In this document: positions 1 to 10,566 of the stretch, piece by piece
Layout of the letters: each line of letters begins with the position of its first letter
Position numbering within the stretch: position 1 is the stretch's first letter
IMG/VR virus record: IMGVR_UViG_3300022592_000005
Location: 1 to 56,410 of that record
Strand: one strand, 5' to 3'
DNA: 56,410 nt
From: a virus
Taxonomy: Duplodnaviria > Caudoviricetes
Notes under the pieces: generated by a model
What the model saw: the letters and a program-made list of their open reading frames with translations, nothing else
Databases searched by the model: none
What the model was told of the DNA's origin: nothing
Program-made: the position numbers and the translations under genes

Positions 1-50
1 GAAATTTGGAGTGGCAAACATTTGCCGCGTTTTAGAAAGTAAATTAGGAA

Positions 51-341
51 TCAGATCGATAAATTAGAATATTTGGACAGTTTTTCAAAATTGTCGATTG
101 TTTGATGGATCGCCTTCTGAATAAGAATAGGTAGAATTGGCGTAGCTGGTTCAAACAATAAGGATTTGATTGGAGACCCGATTTCTGGGTGGAAAGGTTT
201 TTCGTAGTTCGATGTTAGAATCAAATTACGCACAGACGCTTTAATTGCCTGATAATCTACCTGTGTTGTTACATCCTTGGTCACTGGGTGTGCCAAGAAG
301 TTTAGGTCTAAGTCTGTGAAAAGTCTAGAATTTCGTGCCAT
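51..341 (-). CDS. gp25: Baseplate wedge subunit gp25, apparently C-terminally truncated
   Basis: Typical gp25 motifs (DLDLNF..HP, AIKASVRNLILT..EKPFHPEIGS); ends abruptly after NFE where EPR is expected. Confidence 0.85.
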   Translation of the reverse strand: MARNSRLFTDLDLNFLAHPVTKDVTTQVDYQAIKASVRNLILTSNYEKPFHPEIGSPIKSLLFEPATPILPILIQKAIHQTIDNFEKLSKYSNLSI

Positions 342-349
342 ACTATTAT

Positions 350-664
350 TTAGCCACCTGCAAAACCATTTGTCGATCCTTGGACAATTATATTATCTCC
401 CATCATATCGCCGATTCTTCCAACTCTCAATCCACCAATCTTTATGGTATTTGAGAATGTTGATAAAACCTGTTCATCAATCGTTGAGCATCCTGGGAGA
501 GGATGGGGTGCTACTTTACATCCTTCGACAACAACAAGCATTCCATTTAGCTTGACATTGTGCGTATTACCTTCACCAACTGCAGTTTCCATTGGTTGTG
601 TACAATGGTATCCAGTTCCATTCGGTGATAAAACTTTATCTCCAACTCTTGCAATTGCTGGCAT
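350..664 (-). CDS. PAAR-domain spike tip protein (gp5.4-like)
   Basis: MPAIARVGD start, RVGRIGD repeat, position downstream of gp5. Confidence 0.8.
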   Translation of the reverse strand: MPAIARVGDKVLSPNGTGYHCTQPMETAVGEGNTHNVKLNGMLVVVEGCKVAPHPLPGCSTIDEQVLSTFSNTIKIGGLRVGRIGDMMGDNIIVQGSTNGFAGG

Positions 665-1233
665 TATCTAGTCCCCTTACCCTTTAAAGCTGCTATATTC
701 GCAAACGCAACCAAATATGACCAATAGAACCACTGTGTCATCGAATAGTTTTCAACAGTGGTAGAAGAACTTCCATAAGTCGCTGGAATAGTCACAGCGA
801 AGGGATATGTCTCCATAACGCTAGTTGGGTTTGGTTTGCTATAACGGCTAAGACTTAAAAATTTCGCTGATGTATCTGGTTGTAACTGTTGCTGCGTATA
901 ATCTGGCATCGTGAATTGATAATACTGATTCGTAAATACATTTCTCGCTGGTCCAGTCAAACGAACAGTATACGCATTGGGTTTACTGTATGTTATTCCA
1001 ATGGAACTCCAATTAAACGTACTGGTTACATCGGTTGCATTGGCATACTGATAAGTTGTAGAAGTTAATCCAGAAACTGGGTCAACTGTATCTGTTGGAT
1101 ACTTACCTTCAAAAGTAATGTCCACTGTAAAATTATCCACAGCTTCCAGAGCAGCTGGTAGATTATAGTCATCTACTGGATGCTCGGAAGAAACACTAAA
1201 ACCCGATGCGTTAATCTGTGTAACTCTTAACAT
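664..1233 (-). CDS. Hypothetical virion/baseplate-associated protein
   Basis: 189 aa ORF translationally coupled between gp5 and PAAR. Confidence 0.6.
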   Translation of the reverse strand: MLRVTQINASGFSVSSEHPVDDYNLPAALEAVDNFTVDITFEGKYPTDTVDPVSGLTSTTYQYANATDVTSTFNWSSIGITYSKPNAYTVRLTGPARNVFTNQYYQFTMPDYTQQQLQPDTSAKFLSLSRYSKPNPTSVMETYPFAVTIPATYGSSSTTVENYSMTQWFYWSYLVAFANIAALKGKGTR

Positions 1234-4200
1234 TATACTAGGGCAAAGCCACCTCTAGGGTATGTTCCAGCGAAAGTCTTATGCTGGTTCATTGTGAAAT
1301 AATCTCCCTTGTTTCCACTGTATCTAAAGGCACAGTGAATCCATGTTTTGCTTGGACCATCATATTCAAGAATAATCTGGTTCCATGTTGGAAGTGACTG
1401 AGTCAATTCTGAGGCAATCTCATGCATACGCTTACGTCCAGCTGTGAACGATATATCCGCTGCACAACCACGAGGATGGTCGCCACCTTCTTTATGTCCT
1501 GCTCCAAGATCTCCTGGAATATCTCCAACTGGAGGACGACGGAAGGCACTTGTAATTACAAATGAGTTTCTTCCATATTTATCTGCGATTGGATCAAGTA
1601 GATTTTCTGCCAATCCTTTAAGGTTACATACAATCTCTTGTGGTGTCAATGTTACACCATCAACAACATAACTCTGACGAGGAATACGTTCACCACCTTT
1701 TGTTAAATCACCAAGCGTAAAGTGCTTGGATAATTTCATACCAGCAGTGAAGTTCTTAGAGTCCATTGCAAAGATAGCATCGCAACTTGCTCCAACTGGA
1801 ACTGTCGATGGTTTTGCCGCAGGAACATTCTTATCAAGGACGATTGAATTTGATTGAGCATCTGTCTTTGATGATTGATTGTTTTGAATACGTCCAGCAA
1901 CATATGATTTTGAATCACCAGTATTCGGTCCATCAAAACCAACTTCACCACCACGTCCAGGAACTGTCAATGGTGGGAATGAAACAGTTCCAGATGTTCC
2001 TCTAGTTTCAACTGGCAATTCAAGTTCTGCGCCTTTAGCATGTTCCGCTGGTTTTGCAGATTCAGCTTCACCAGCATCTCCTGGAGTATTTGAGTTTCCG
2101 TCCTGCATATCAACTTCAGCTGCATCGATAGCAAAGATACCAGGTGTATTTAAACTCAATGTTCCGTCTGCGCCAATATTAAAGTCAGATGCAGATTTAA
2201 GGTTAACAGTTGATTCTGCCTGAAGGTTGATACCAGATGCAGATTTAATATTCGTAGTTGATTGACTTTGAATGTTGACAAGACCTGCGGATTTGATATT
2301 CGCATCACCTTCTGTTTCGATGGCAATGAATCCAGATGTTTTCTGACTAATATTACCATCAGCCTGCATAAACATAGTTCCCTCTGAGTATGTATGAATA
2401 TCAGAGCCAGCCATTGTTTTAATACCAGTCTTGGCTTTAATGTTTATATTATGTGAAGACTCAAGGTTAATTTGATTCGCTGCTAGGTTAAATGAACCAC
2501 CGACAGCCATGTTCATATTACCACTTACGTTGAAGTCGCAATCATTGTATACGTTAATAATTGACGCACCAGAAACTTCAATGTTCAATGCGTTGTCTGT
2601 TCTTAAATTGTATGCACCATCAACTGTTACGTTTAACGCACCCTTAACATATACGTTACCGTTACGCTCAATAATCTCGTAACCATCGCCGACAATTCTG
2701 TTTACCTGTGTACCATTGGCATCAATCTCAACGAAAGTGCCTTTCTTGTGGTAGATATGGATACGCTCAGATTCTGGAGTGCTATCATATTCAACGACAT
2801 GGCCAGCTTCGTATTGTGTCACATGGTTATATGGATACTTGGCATTATACGGAACGCCAACCTGATCCCATGTTCCACCATTGGCAACTGGAACATCTTT
2901 AACTAACGATGCTTCCTTTTCAAGAACAATTGTTCTACCAAGATTATTTCCTGTGGCAAGTCGATTGCTGTCTTGTTCGTTTTTGTATTTTGGATATACG
3001 CCATTAGGATCTTGGAATCCTTTAGTCGGGTCAACTCCAGTTCCGTTACTAATTGTTCCGTCTGGGTTTTTCTGTCCGATTGGTGCAACATTTGGTTTCG
3101 TTGGTTCATTTTGTAATTTTGTTAATAGTGCTTTTGCCTGCCCAGTAGTTGAACCAGCCATTGTTTCTAATTCTCGGATCAATGCATCTGGTGAATAACT
3201 TGCAAGTCCAAGGTTTTGAACCAACTCAGTTACACTTCCAGTGACATTCGGAATACCAAGTGTTGTTGCCACTTCAGATAAAGAGCCACCGAAGTCATGC
3301 AGAATACTAGTATCTGGAAGAATATCTTTTAGTGCACCATTAATATCTACCGATGACACTAAACTCTTAATATCATTTTGAATTGATGCGATTCCAGATA
3401 ATAAGTCTGCTGGTAAACCAAGATCTCCAAGACCAGTTGCTTTTCCGAGTGCAGCTAATTCAGGTGGAACTTGGATTGGAAGGTTACCAATACCGAAACC
3501 ACCAGCGTCTGGTGCAGCTGGCGCAGATGCAGATTGAACAGCACCTGTCTTTGATGAATCGTCAATTGGTTTATAATTTACAGCAACACCAGTATAGTCA
3601 GTTCCCTTGTCTATCTTATCGCCAGATGCGATAGTAGCTGTTGGTGGTGGTGACTTCTGATTATTACGGAAATCCCATTCATGTAATAATGTTGCTTTTA
3701 TTTTTTCGTAAGTTGTATGAACCTTATTGCCGTTTTTGTAATATGTTCCTGTTGGACCACCGTAAGGATATCCTGGATAATAAGGATCTTCGATTGATGC
3801 AAATTCTGCAGCAAGAGATTTACCAGCTTCTTTTAATAGTGTTTCACTATTCTTATCTGGGTTACGATAATATGCAATTAGTTTTGGACGTTTACGACCA
3901 ACCAAATACTCTTGACAAATAATGTCTTGAACCTGTGGTGTGAACTTCGTATCAATGTCAATGTTCAGTGCTTTACATGCTGATGTTAAAGTGACAGGAA
4001 TACATTGATATTTACCAACAGCAAATAATTTCTTTGGATCTCCAGTTGGTAATGCCTGTTGAGCCATAATGTCTTTGATGGTCATTGAAGTTAATGTTAA
4101 CTTCTCTCCACCAGTAGAACCAGTTCCTGGAGGCGCATTACTTCCACGATTAAACGCATCGTATCCAGCTGAACCAGATTCGCCCTTGGCAATTAACCCA

Positions 4201-4694
4201 GCCAATGGACCAGTAATTTGTCCTTCAATTGTTTTTCCGTCTTTGATATTTCCTGGAGCTGAATTGGCAGAACCAGTTGAACCAGCATTGGCAGCTGTAT
4301 CTGGTGGAGTTACTGTTTGGCCAGTTGACGGATCAGTTGGTGTTGTTTGACCAGAGAAAGATACTTCGTTTAATACAATTTTACCAGGATCGTCAGTTGA
4401 GTTTGGAATCTGAGCAACACCACCAAGTGTACCCATCATCATTGGCATCTGCTGATCTGGATCCATAAAGGCAATCAGAACCCATGTTCCTTCAACTGGA
4501 CCAAGAGGTGATTGACCAATACCAGAAGTATTTGCTGAAGTGATAGGTGTAACTGGGAATGCCCATGGCAAATCCGCAGTTGGAAGTATTGTTTTATCTT
4601 CGGTATGTAAACCTACAATACGAACCTGACAACGACCTAACTTTAGTGGGTCATTTCTGTCTTCAACGCAACCAGTATAAAACTTCGTAATCAT
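1233..4694 (-). CDS. gp5: Baseplate hub/spike gp5 with OB fold, lysozyme-like domain, beta-helix and C-terminal M15 peptidase
   Basis: G.VEDR.DPLKLGRC.VRI.G.H OB fold; GESG..YDAFN..AVGKYQ lysozyme-like; YPYNHV..E.GH..EYD; LSKHFTL..SAFRR..H..G.AADI..WIH M15 motifs. Confidence 0.92.
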   Translation of the reverse strand: MITKFYTGCVEDRNDPLKLGRCQVRIVGLHTEDKTILPTADLPWAFPVTPITSANTSGIGQSPLGPVEGTWVLIAFMDPDQQMPMMMGTLGGVAQIPNSTDDPGKIVLNEVSFSGQTTPTDPSTGQTVTPPDTAANAGSTGSANSAPGNIKDGKTIEGQITGPLAGLIAKGESGSAGYDAFNRGSNAPPGTGSTGGEKLTLTSMTIKDIMAQQALPTGDPKKLFAVGKYQCIPVTLTSACKALNIDIDTKFTPQVQDIICQEYLVGRKRPKLIAYYRNPDKNSETLLKEAGKSLAAEFASIEDPYYPGYPYGGPTGTYYKNGNKVHTTYEKIKATLLHEWDFRNNQKSPPPTATIASGDKIDKGTDYTGVAVNYKPIDDSSKTGAVQSASAPAAPDAGGFGIGNLPIQVPPELAALGKATGLGDLGLPADLLSGIASIQNDIKSLVSSVDINGALKDILPDTSILHDFGGSLSEVATTLGIPNVTGSVTELVQNLGLASYSPDALIRELETMAGSTTGQAKALLTKLQNEPTKPNVAPIGQKNPDGTISNGTGVDPTKGFQDPNGVYPKYKNEQDSNRLATGNNLGRTIVLEKEASLVKDVPVANGGTWDQVGVPYNAKYPYNHVTQYEAGHVVEYDSTPESERIHIYHKKGTFVEIDANGTQVNRIVGDGYEIIERNGNVYVKGALNVTVDGAYNLRTDNALNIEVSGASIINVYNDCDFNVSGNMNMAVGGSFNLAANQINLESSHNINIKAKTGIKTMAGSDIHTYSEGTMFMQADGNISQKTSGFIAIETEGDANIKSAGLVNIQSQSTTNIKSASGINLQAESTVNLKSASDFNIGADGTLSLNTPGIFAIDAAEVDMQDGNSNTPGDAGEAESAKPAEHAKGAELELPVETRGTSGTVSFPPLTVPGRGGEVGFDGPNTGDSKSYVAGRIQNNQSSKTDAQSNSIVLDKNVPAAKPSTVPVGASCDAIFAMDSKNFTAGMKLSKHFTLGDLTKGGERIPRQSYVVDGVTLTPQEIVCNLKGLAENLLDPIADKYGRNSFVITSAFRRPPVGDIPGDLGAGHKEGGDHPRGCAADISFTAGRKRMHEIASELTQSLPTWNQIILEYDGPSKTWIHCAFRYSGNKGDYFTMNQHKTFAGTYPRGGFALV

Positions 4695-6004
4695 TATTTC
4701 GCCTTATCTAAACTCATCGTCAACGAATCTTTTATCAATTCCATATGACACTCATGCTTTTGTCTATCAATTGAATGGTTAATACCAGCAATCAAATACT
4801 TACCACTGATAATCTCATCTAGTAATTCTTCATCAGCGTCTTCTTTTTTAATTGGCTCAGATTTAAACACCTTAACATTTACAACTTTACCGACTGTGTA
4901 ATCTGTTCTTCCTGGAACAACAATCTGAACCTTAAATGCTTCTGCCTGTTTTAATCTTGAAATTCTCTGCTGTCTGAAACGAACATTGGTAGTATCTTCA
5001 TAATCTGTCATCAAACCAGTTTCAATATTATCACTGAACATCGCTGCTCTGTAAGTTGTGAAAATCTTGTTTGAAGCAATTGGGTATTTGTTCAAACGAT
5101 TGAACTTTGGATCTTTCCAATCATTGAATAAAGAATACTTCACATTATAGTATTTCTTTGTTGTAATATCTGCAAACAACAAAGTTGAACCATATGCACC
5201 AGTGGTAACTTTATCCATATAGTCATGGGTAACTGGAACATTTAGTTCTGTTATTCTCTGATAATCCAATGGGATGTTTCGTTTCGATCCGCCAGTTGGA
5301 TTAACAACCTGTTGTGAGTTAATGAACTTAAACTCTTGAATCTGTTTACCAGCATTCAAATAATCCAATGATACAAAATTAAAACCATCTCTATTCTCAA
5401 AGAAAACATAAGTTGGAGATTGGTTTGAGTTTTGTGCTCTTTCTGAAATGTAATTAATGTTTCTGATTGGTGACCAGAAATTAGAAACATATTTTGTTTT
5501 GTTCAATGTCGGTTCAACAACTACTGGCTTCTTCGTTGTTAATGCATCATCGTCTTTTAATAGTTTCGTTGCAATGTCTGAGATCTTACCATCATACCCC
5601 TTTGAGATCTTGGTATTGATATCGCTAATTGCTTCGATTGAAATAAAATGTAATTGGTAGGCTACGTTCTTCTCTGCCAACTGTTCTCTGTCTGACATTT
5701 TGTAGATGTAGAATCTACCTTCAATAATACCCTTAGCATTTACGCTCTGGTCAAGTGTCGGTGTGAATATCTTTAGATCGACAACTTCTTCGCCAACGAA
5801 TGGGAAATTACTTGCAAAATCCAATGATTCTGTAAAGATTAAAGAACCAGTGATAAATGGTGAAAACATATCTTCGTAGATATGTATAGTTGCCAGTTGG
5901 TGTGCTGCATTAAACGATTTGCCATTTACCAGAGAGGTAATTGTAACTCTCTGTATGTTGACATCGCCAGCAAATTTTAATTGTGAAGAATCAGTTCCGC
6001 TCAT
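4694..6004 (-). CDS. Baseplate hub / tail protein (gp27-like)
   Basis: IYEDMFSPFITG, YVFFENRDGFNFVSL and SGKYLI.GINH motifs; lies between gp53 and gp5. Confidence 0.7.
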   Translation of the reverse strand: MSGTDSSQLKFAGDVNIQRVTITSLVNGKSFNAAHQLATIHIYEDMFSPFITGSLIFTESLDFASNFPFVGEEVVDLKIFTPTLDQSVNAKGIIEGRFYIYKMSDREQLAEKNVAYQLHFISIEAISDINTKISKGYDGKISDIATKLLKDDDALTTKKPVVVEPTLNKTKYVSNFWSPIRNINYISERAQNSNQSPTYVFFENRDGFNFVSLDYLNAGKQIQEFKFINSQQVVNPTGGSKRNIPLDYQRITELNVPVTHDYMDKVTTGAYGSTLLFADITTKKYYNVKYSLFNDWKDPKFNRLNKYPIASNKIFTTYRAAMFSDNIETGLMTDYEDTTNVRFRQQRISRLKQAEAFKVQIVVPGRTDYTVGKVVNVKVFKSEPIKKEDADEELLDEIISGKYLIAGINHSIDRQKHECHMELIKDSLTMSLDKAK

Positions 6005-6501
6005 ACACTAAAAATTTTATTAAATTCGTCAGTTAATTGTTGGAGAAGGTCTTTAGAAATTATTCTTATTCTTCGTTTAGATTCGTTAATCGCCTCTTCA
6101 TGCGCAATATTAGATATTGGTGTTGCAAGAGGAACATCGTCATTAACGACATATCCGTTCGCATCTTCATGGTGGTGAATTGCGTAGATATTATCTGCAC
6201 CATACTTGTCAATACAATATTGTTGAAGAGCTGTATATGTCAGCGGCCAATCGTTCACATAATCAAATCGCTGATTGGCAATCATAAGTGCCCAATGATA
6301 CTTTGGTGTATCATACCACTTCGCTGATACAATCTCTGGAGTTTCTCCATCAATAATATCGTATTGGTCAAAAAGAGCGATGTTCTCTAAAGTTTGTTTT
6401 AAAACACGGACGTTCGCTGTGATATCACGAACGACAATTATCTTCTCCCCATCCGCAAATGGGAAGTTGTATAACATCTCTGGTAGTCGATTAAAATACA
6501 T
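6001..6501 (-). CDS. gp53: Baseplate wedge subunit gp53
   Basis: MYFN.LP start, YDIIDGETPE..S.K.Y..HW, DWPL motifs. Confidence 0.9.
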   Translation of the reverse strand: MYFNRLPEMLYNFPFADGEKIIVVRDITANVRVLKQTLENIALFDQYDIIDGETPEIVSAKWYDTPKYHWALMIANQRFDYVNDWPLTYTALQQYCIDKYGADNIYAIHHHEDANGYVVNDDVPLATPISNIAHEEAINESKRRIRIISKDLLQQLTDEFNKIFSV

Positions 6502-7661
6502 TAGAATTTATCCTTAATAAGTTCTTTTGTCAAGATAGCCAACTCAACGAAGGATAGTGTGACATTAATCTGGGTTGGCATACCATCGGCAAATGTATTG
6601 AACGCACCATTCGGTGTGTAGTTTACATTAATGTCTTTTAGAATACATGAGGTATGACGATGTAGGTTCAGGTTCTCTTTACCATTTTGATAATAGTAAA
6701 TATCAAATTCAGAAGGATAGATAAACAAGAAGTTGTTTGTATCTTTGTATTCTGGATGCATGTGAAGTTTGAACAAATAGATTATTTCCTTCACGTTTGC
6801 AGCTTCAGTTGCATTTCTTGGTGAGAATGTATAATCAAATGTAAACTCACGGAAGTTTACGTTCTTGAATACTTGTTCTTTCTTTGGGTTCGCAGCCATA
6901 CCAGAAGCTGCAGACATTGCGCCAGAAACAACAGGTGTTTTAGAAAGAGCGATGTTTGTTGCTATGGAACCAGCTGCTCCACCAACATTTGACTTTGCTC
7001 CGTTACCAGACAACATTGATAGAATGTTCTCTGGAGTAATTGCTTTAGCAACTTCTCTATTTGCGATGGCAGCTGCCTGGAATGCGAATGTATCTTCTGT
7101 CTGCCACTCTGTTGAGTAGCGAATACTTAATTGGTTTGGAACATGCAGAGCAATCGCCTGAGCAAGTCTTTTCTGTTGTCTTGCCATACCAGCTGATGCA
7201 GCTGCAACAACACCACCAGAAGCTAAACCAATACCACCACCAATGGCAGCATCTTTGGCAACTGAAACTACGTTCGTCTGTCCCTTGGCAAGTCCAGAAA
7301 TAGCATTAACACCGACGCCACCAACTGCACCTACAGTTGCCACTGCGCCAGCACCTTCTAGTTTGCTTAAATCCTGTCCGATCAATCCACCACGCTGTCT
7401 CGCTGGAATGTCACCAGCAATCGTAGTCGCATTATCTTCTGTTAATAGCTTGGAGTCGTCCGCCACGTTAATGTAGAAAATGACGTAATTGCCACCATAG
7501 ACCATGTTGTTGTCATACAGGTCAGATGGGTACTGAGCATTTTTAACAGTGTATTTGTTGCCACCACCAGTTCCTGAAGTTTGAAAATCTGGTGCATCTG
7601 TCGGTGCTCCATAAGTTCCAGATCTGGATGGGTTTAAATTTTTGGCATTAGAATCTTGCAT
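6501..7661 (-). CDS. gp48: Baseplate tail-tube cap gp48
   Basis: NP.KEQVFK.V.FREFTFDYTF.PRN..EA, YPSEF.I, V.YTPNG motifs. Confidence 0.88.
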   Translation of the reverse strand: MQDSNAKNLNPSRSGTYGAPTDAPDFQTSGTGGGNKYTVKNAQYPSDLYDNNMVYGGNYVIFYINVADDSKLLTEDNATTIAGDIPARQRGGLIGQDLSKLEGAGAVATVGAVGGVGVNAISGLAKGQTNVVSVAKDAAIGGGIGLASGGVVAAASAGMARQQKRLAQAIALHVPNQLSIRYSTEWQTEDTFAFQAAAIANREVAKAITPENILSMLSGNGAKSNVGGAAGSIATNIALSKTPVVSGAMSAASGMAANPKKEQVFKNVNFREFTFDYTFSPRNATEAANVKEIIYLFKLHMHPEYKDTNNFLFIYPSEFDIYYYQNGKENLNLHRHTSCILKDINVNYTPNGAFNTFADGMPTQINVTLSFVELAILTKELIKDKF

Positions 7662-7698
7662 CTGATGTTCTTTTTAGTTGGGTTGCTCTCTATACAAT

Positions 7699-7728
7699 TA
7701 TTTAGGTGATGTGACACAAGTCTAAATA
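7699..7728. promoter_or_regulatory. Divergent pair of T4-type late promoters (CTAAATA)
   Basis: CTAAATA on - (7699-7705) facing gp48 and on + (7722-7728) facing gp4. Confidence 0.7.
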
Positions 7729-7758
7729 AAAGGTAGTTATTTATTTCTAGACATATTT

Positions 7759-8193
7759 ATGTTTCATAAAAGACGATTCATTCCAATGTTTCCTGAGAAG
7801 TACAACGGAAACCCGTCCAACATCATAATGAGATCCAGTTGGGAGACTAAGTTCGCAAATTGGTGTGATAAGAACCCAGCTGTATTAAAGTGGAAGTCTG
7901 AGGAGACAATCGTCCCTTACAGATGCCCAACTGACGACAGAATACATCGTTATTTCGTGGATTTCCAGATTCAAGTTCAAGGTAAAACTGGGCTAAAAAC
8001 ATATCTAATCGAAGTAAAACCATTTAACCAAACCCAACCCCCAGTATTTCCAGGTCGTCAGACTAAGCGATATTTGACTGAATCAATGACTTACATAAAG
8101 AATCAGGCTAAATGGAAGGCTGCAACTGAATATGCTAAAGATCGTGGATGGGAATTTAAAATCATAACTGAGCATGAGCTCGGTCTAAAATGA
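7759..8193 (+). CDS. gp4: Head completion nuclease gp4
   Basis: P.KY.G.P..I..RSSWE, HRYFVDF, IEVKP, NQAKW.AA motifs. Confidence 0.93.
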   Translation: MFHKRRFIPMFPEKYNGNPSNIIMRSSWETKFANWCDKNPAVLKWKSEETIVPYRCPTDDRIHRYFVDFQIQVQGKTGLKTYLIEVKPFNQTQPPVFPGRQTKRYLTESMTYIKNQAKWKAATEYAKDRGWEFKIITEHELGLK

Positions 8194-8206
8194 CCTAAAT
8201 AATTAA

Positions 8207-8809
8207 ATGGCTAATAAAACACCTACAAACTTGCTCGATGTTTTTGAGCGAAACCAGTATAACCTTCAAGACTCTGTAAAGAAGTCTCAGGCATGGTTCA
8301 ATCAGCAGGTTTTACTAATGAACAGACAAGGCATAACTCCTAACAGAATTATGCGTGTTTCAGACCAAGCGGAATTAAAAGCAAGGATGATCCCTGGAAA
8401 TATGTATATGTATTTCTACGATCCAAAAACTAAAGCGACTCTACCTTACTATGATAGATTTCCTTTGGTTTTACCTTATGCATCTGTTCCAGGTGGTTTT
8501 ATGGGAATCAATCTACATTATCTACCATATAAAATGCGTGTTGTTTTATTAAGTCGCCTAATGGCATTTAAGACAAATGACAAGATGGATGGAAATACAA
8601 GAATTAAATACTCATGGAACCTTATCAGCAGTGCATCCAAATTCGCTGCTGCAGCACCATGTGTTAAGCACTATCTACTTGACCATGTAAGATCTCCGTT
8701 TAGAAAAGTCCATTCTCAGGATTGGGCAACGGCAATGATGTTACCAGTTGAGAGATTTGTTGGTGCGACTAAAGAACAAGTTTGGAAAGATTCGGTTAGA
8801 AAAATATGA
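8207..8809 (+). CDS. gp2: DNA end protector gp2
   Basis: YDPK.K.TLPYYDRFPL, G.NLHYLP, VW.DS motifs. Confidence 0.93.
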   Translation: MANKTPTNLLDVFERNQYNLQDSVKKSQAWFNQQVLLMNRQGITPNRIMRVSDQAELKARMIPGNMYMYFYDPKTKATLPYYDRFPLVLPYASVPGGFMGINLHYLPYKMRVVLLSRLMAFKTNDKMDGNTRIKYSWNLISSASKFAAAAPCVKHYLLDHVRSPFRKVHSQDWATAMMLPVERFVGATKEQVWKDSVRKI

Positions 8810-9477
8810 AAATTTCAGAATTCGTTGGACAATTAACAGCTGGCTTCGCAAGAACCAACCGCTACAGTGTGGAGATTACACTGCCACAACTCATTCGTGA
8901 TAGTATTCACATTAGCGATGTCCAAAGAATGCAACTATTGTGTGACGCAATTCAGCTTCCTGGATTGAATGTTAATACAACCCAAATTAGAACATTCGGC
9001 GAAGTTCGTGAAATGCCGTATGAGTTTAATTATGATGCTATCACTCTATCTTTTTATGTTGATGGTGATATGATCGTGAAGGATGTTTTTGATAAGTGGA
9101 TTAAAAGTATTCAGCAGGGAACATCTCGTAACTTCAATTACTATGATAGTTACACTTGTCCTCAGATGAACATTTATGTCGAAGATTTGGAAGACCAAAC
9201 AGTACATAGAGTTACTTTATATGAAGCATACCCAAAAACAGTAAACGCAGTTCAATTATCATATGAACAAAAAGAAATTATGAAATTGACTGTGACGATG
9301 ATGTATCGTTATTGGGAGTCAGACGCTGGTGTGGCAGAAGTTCCTACACCACCTCCAGTTACAACTCCAAGTAGTATCCTTGCAGAAAATAACGGGAATA
9401 CTACAACGATTACAAATTATAGTTATGAAAACGGAAACCCAATGGGCGACTTATCTAACTATGGAAACAACTGGTAA
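8806..9477 (+). CDS. gp54: Tail tube initiator gp54 (gp19 family)
   Basis: ARTNRY.V, LPG....T, FD.W, L.EAYP..V motifs; synteny. Confidence 0.78.
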   Translation: MKISEFVGQLTAGFARTNRYSVEITLPQLIRDSIHISDVQRMQLLCDAIQLPGLNVNTTQIRTFGEVREMPYEFNYDAITLSFYVDGDMIVKDVFDKWIKSIQQGTSRNFNYYDSYTCPQMNIYVEDLEDQTVHRVTLYEAYPKTVNAVQLSYEQKEIMKLTVTMMYRYWESDAGVAEVPTPPPVTTPSSILAENNGNTTTITNYSYENGNPMGDLSNYGNNW

Positions 9478-9504
9478 AAATTATAATAATAAAAAGGAAA
9501 TAAG

Positions 9505-10068
9505 ATGGCACTTATCGATTCAGTATTAAATTTGGTTACTAAACAACCAAAAAACCCAGACGCACCGAAGGCACCAGTTGGCAGCAGAAGTGAACGTGAA
9601 GCAAAAATTAAAGATAAAGCTGGTATGGTTATCTCCGTATTCGCTTTGATGTTGGCTGTTAACTCATGGTACGCTGGTAAGTTATCAAGCACAGTATTAA
9701 ATAATACTCTTGGTGCTAATAACAAGTGGGCTCAATATCAGGCTAAGAATGGTCGTGGCGTAAGTTACGAAATCGCAGCTTTGACAACTAAAGATCAGGC
9801 ATTGGCAGCAAAGTTCCAGGCAGAAAAAGATCGCATGGATTCTGACAAGAAAGACATTGCAACTGAAGCACGTGAAATGGAACGTGTCCGTGAAGAAGCA
9901 AAGAAAGGTAGCCCATGGATTGGTTACGCTTCAACTGCTTATCAGTTGGCTATCGTTATTCTTTCTGCTTCTATTTTGGCAGTTAGTATGGCAATGTTTT
10001 GGAGCAGTTTCGCAGTAGCTGGACTTGGTCTCGTACTAAGTCTAAATGGTTTGTTCCTGTGGTTCTAA
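9505..10068 (+). CDS. Membrane protein, DUF4337-like
   Basis: Hydrophobic segments, WAQYQAK motif, QLAIVILSAS. Confidence 0.6.
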   Translation: MALIDSVLNLVTKQPKNPDAPKAPVGSRSEREAKIKDKAGMVISVFALMLAVNSWYAGKLSSTVLNNTLGANNKWAQYQAKNGRGVSYEIAALTTKDQALAAKFQAEKDRMDSDKKDIATEAREMERVREEAKKGSPWIGYASTAYQLAIVILSASILAVSMAMFWSSFAVAGLGLVLSLNGLFLWF

Positions 10069-10084
10069 TAATAAGGATAATAAA

Positions 10085-10564
10085 ATGACTGACACAGTAG
10101 AAAAGAAAAGTGACGATAGCTGGATGCAAAAGCAATGGCGACCAGCTATGGGTTGGATGTATATGTTGATTTGTTTGCTTGATATGGCAGTATTCCCAGT
10201 ACTATGGGCATTGTTACAGGCACTTACTCATCAACCAATTACTCAGTGGAATCCATTGACATTACAGGGTGCTGGTTTGTTCCACATCGCAATGGGTGCT
10301 GTTTTGGGTATCGCAGCATTCGGACGTACACAAGAAAAATTAGCAGGAGCAGCAACAAATGCACCAAGCACAACAGCCGTACCAACTGGCATGCCAGCAA
10401 CATCTGGCTTTCCTTCAGCAGCACCAGCACCAAGTGCGTTTAGTGCTCCAACTCCGATAAATACAACTGCTCCTAAACCAATCGCATCTGGTTTTGGTAG
10501 TGGATTCGGTGGTGGTCTAGATCCTTCTGATCCACCTACTCGCAATACTCGTAACGACGGATAA
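10085..10564 (+). CDS. Putative holin (GTA 3-TM holin-like)
   Basis: WRPAMGW.Y..IC..D, GAVLGIAAFGRT.EK; ATG at 10085 follows AAGGA. Confidence 0.7.
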   Translation: MTDTVEKKSDDSWMQKQWRPAMGWMYMLICLLDMAVFPVLWALLQALTHQPITQWNPLTLQGAGLFHIAMGAVLGIAAFGRTQEKLAGAATNAPSTTAVPTGMPATSGFPSAAPAPSAFSAPTPINTTAPKPIASGFGSGFGGGLDPSDPPTRNTRNDG

Positions 10565-10566
10565 AA

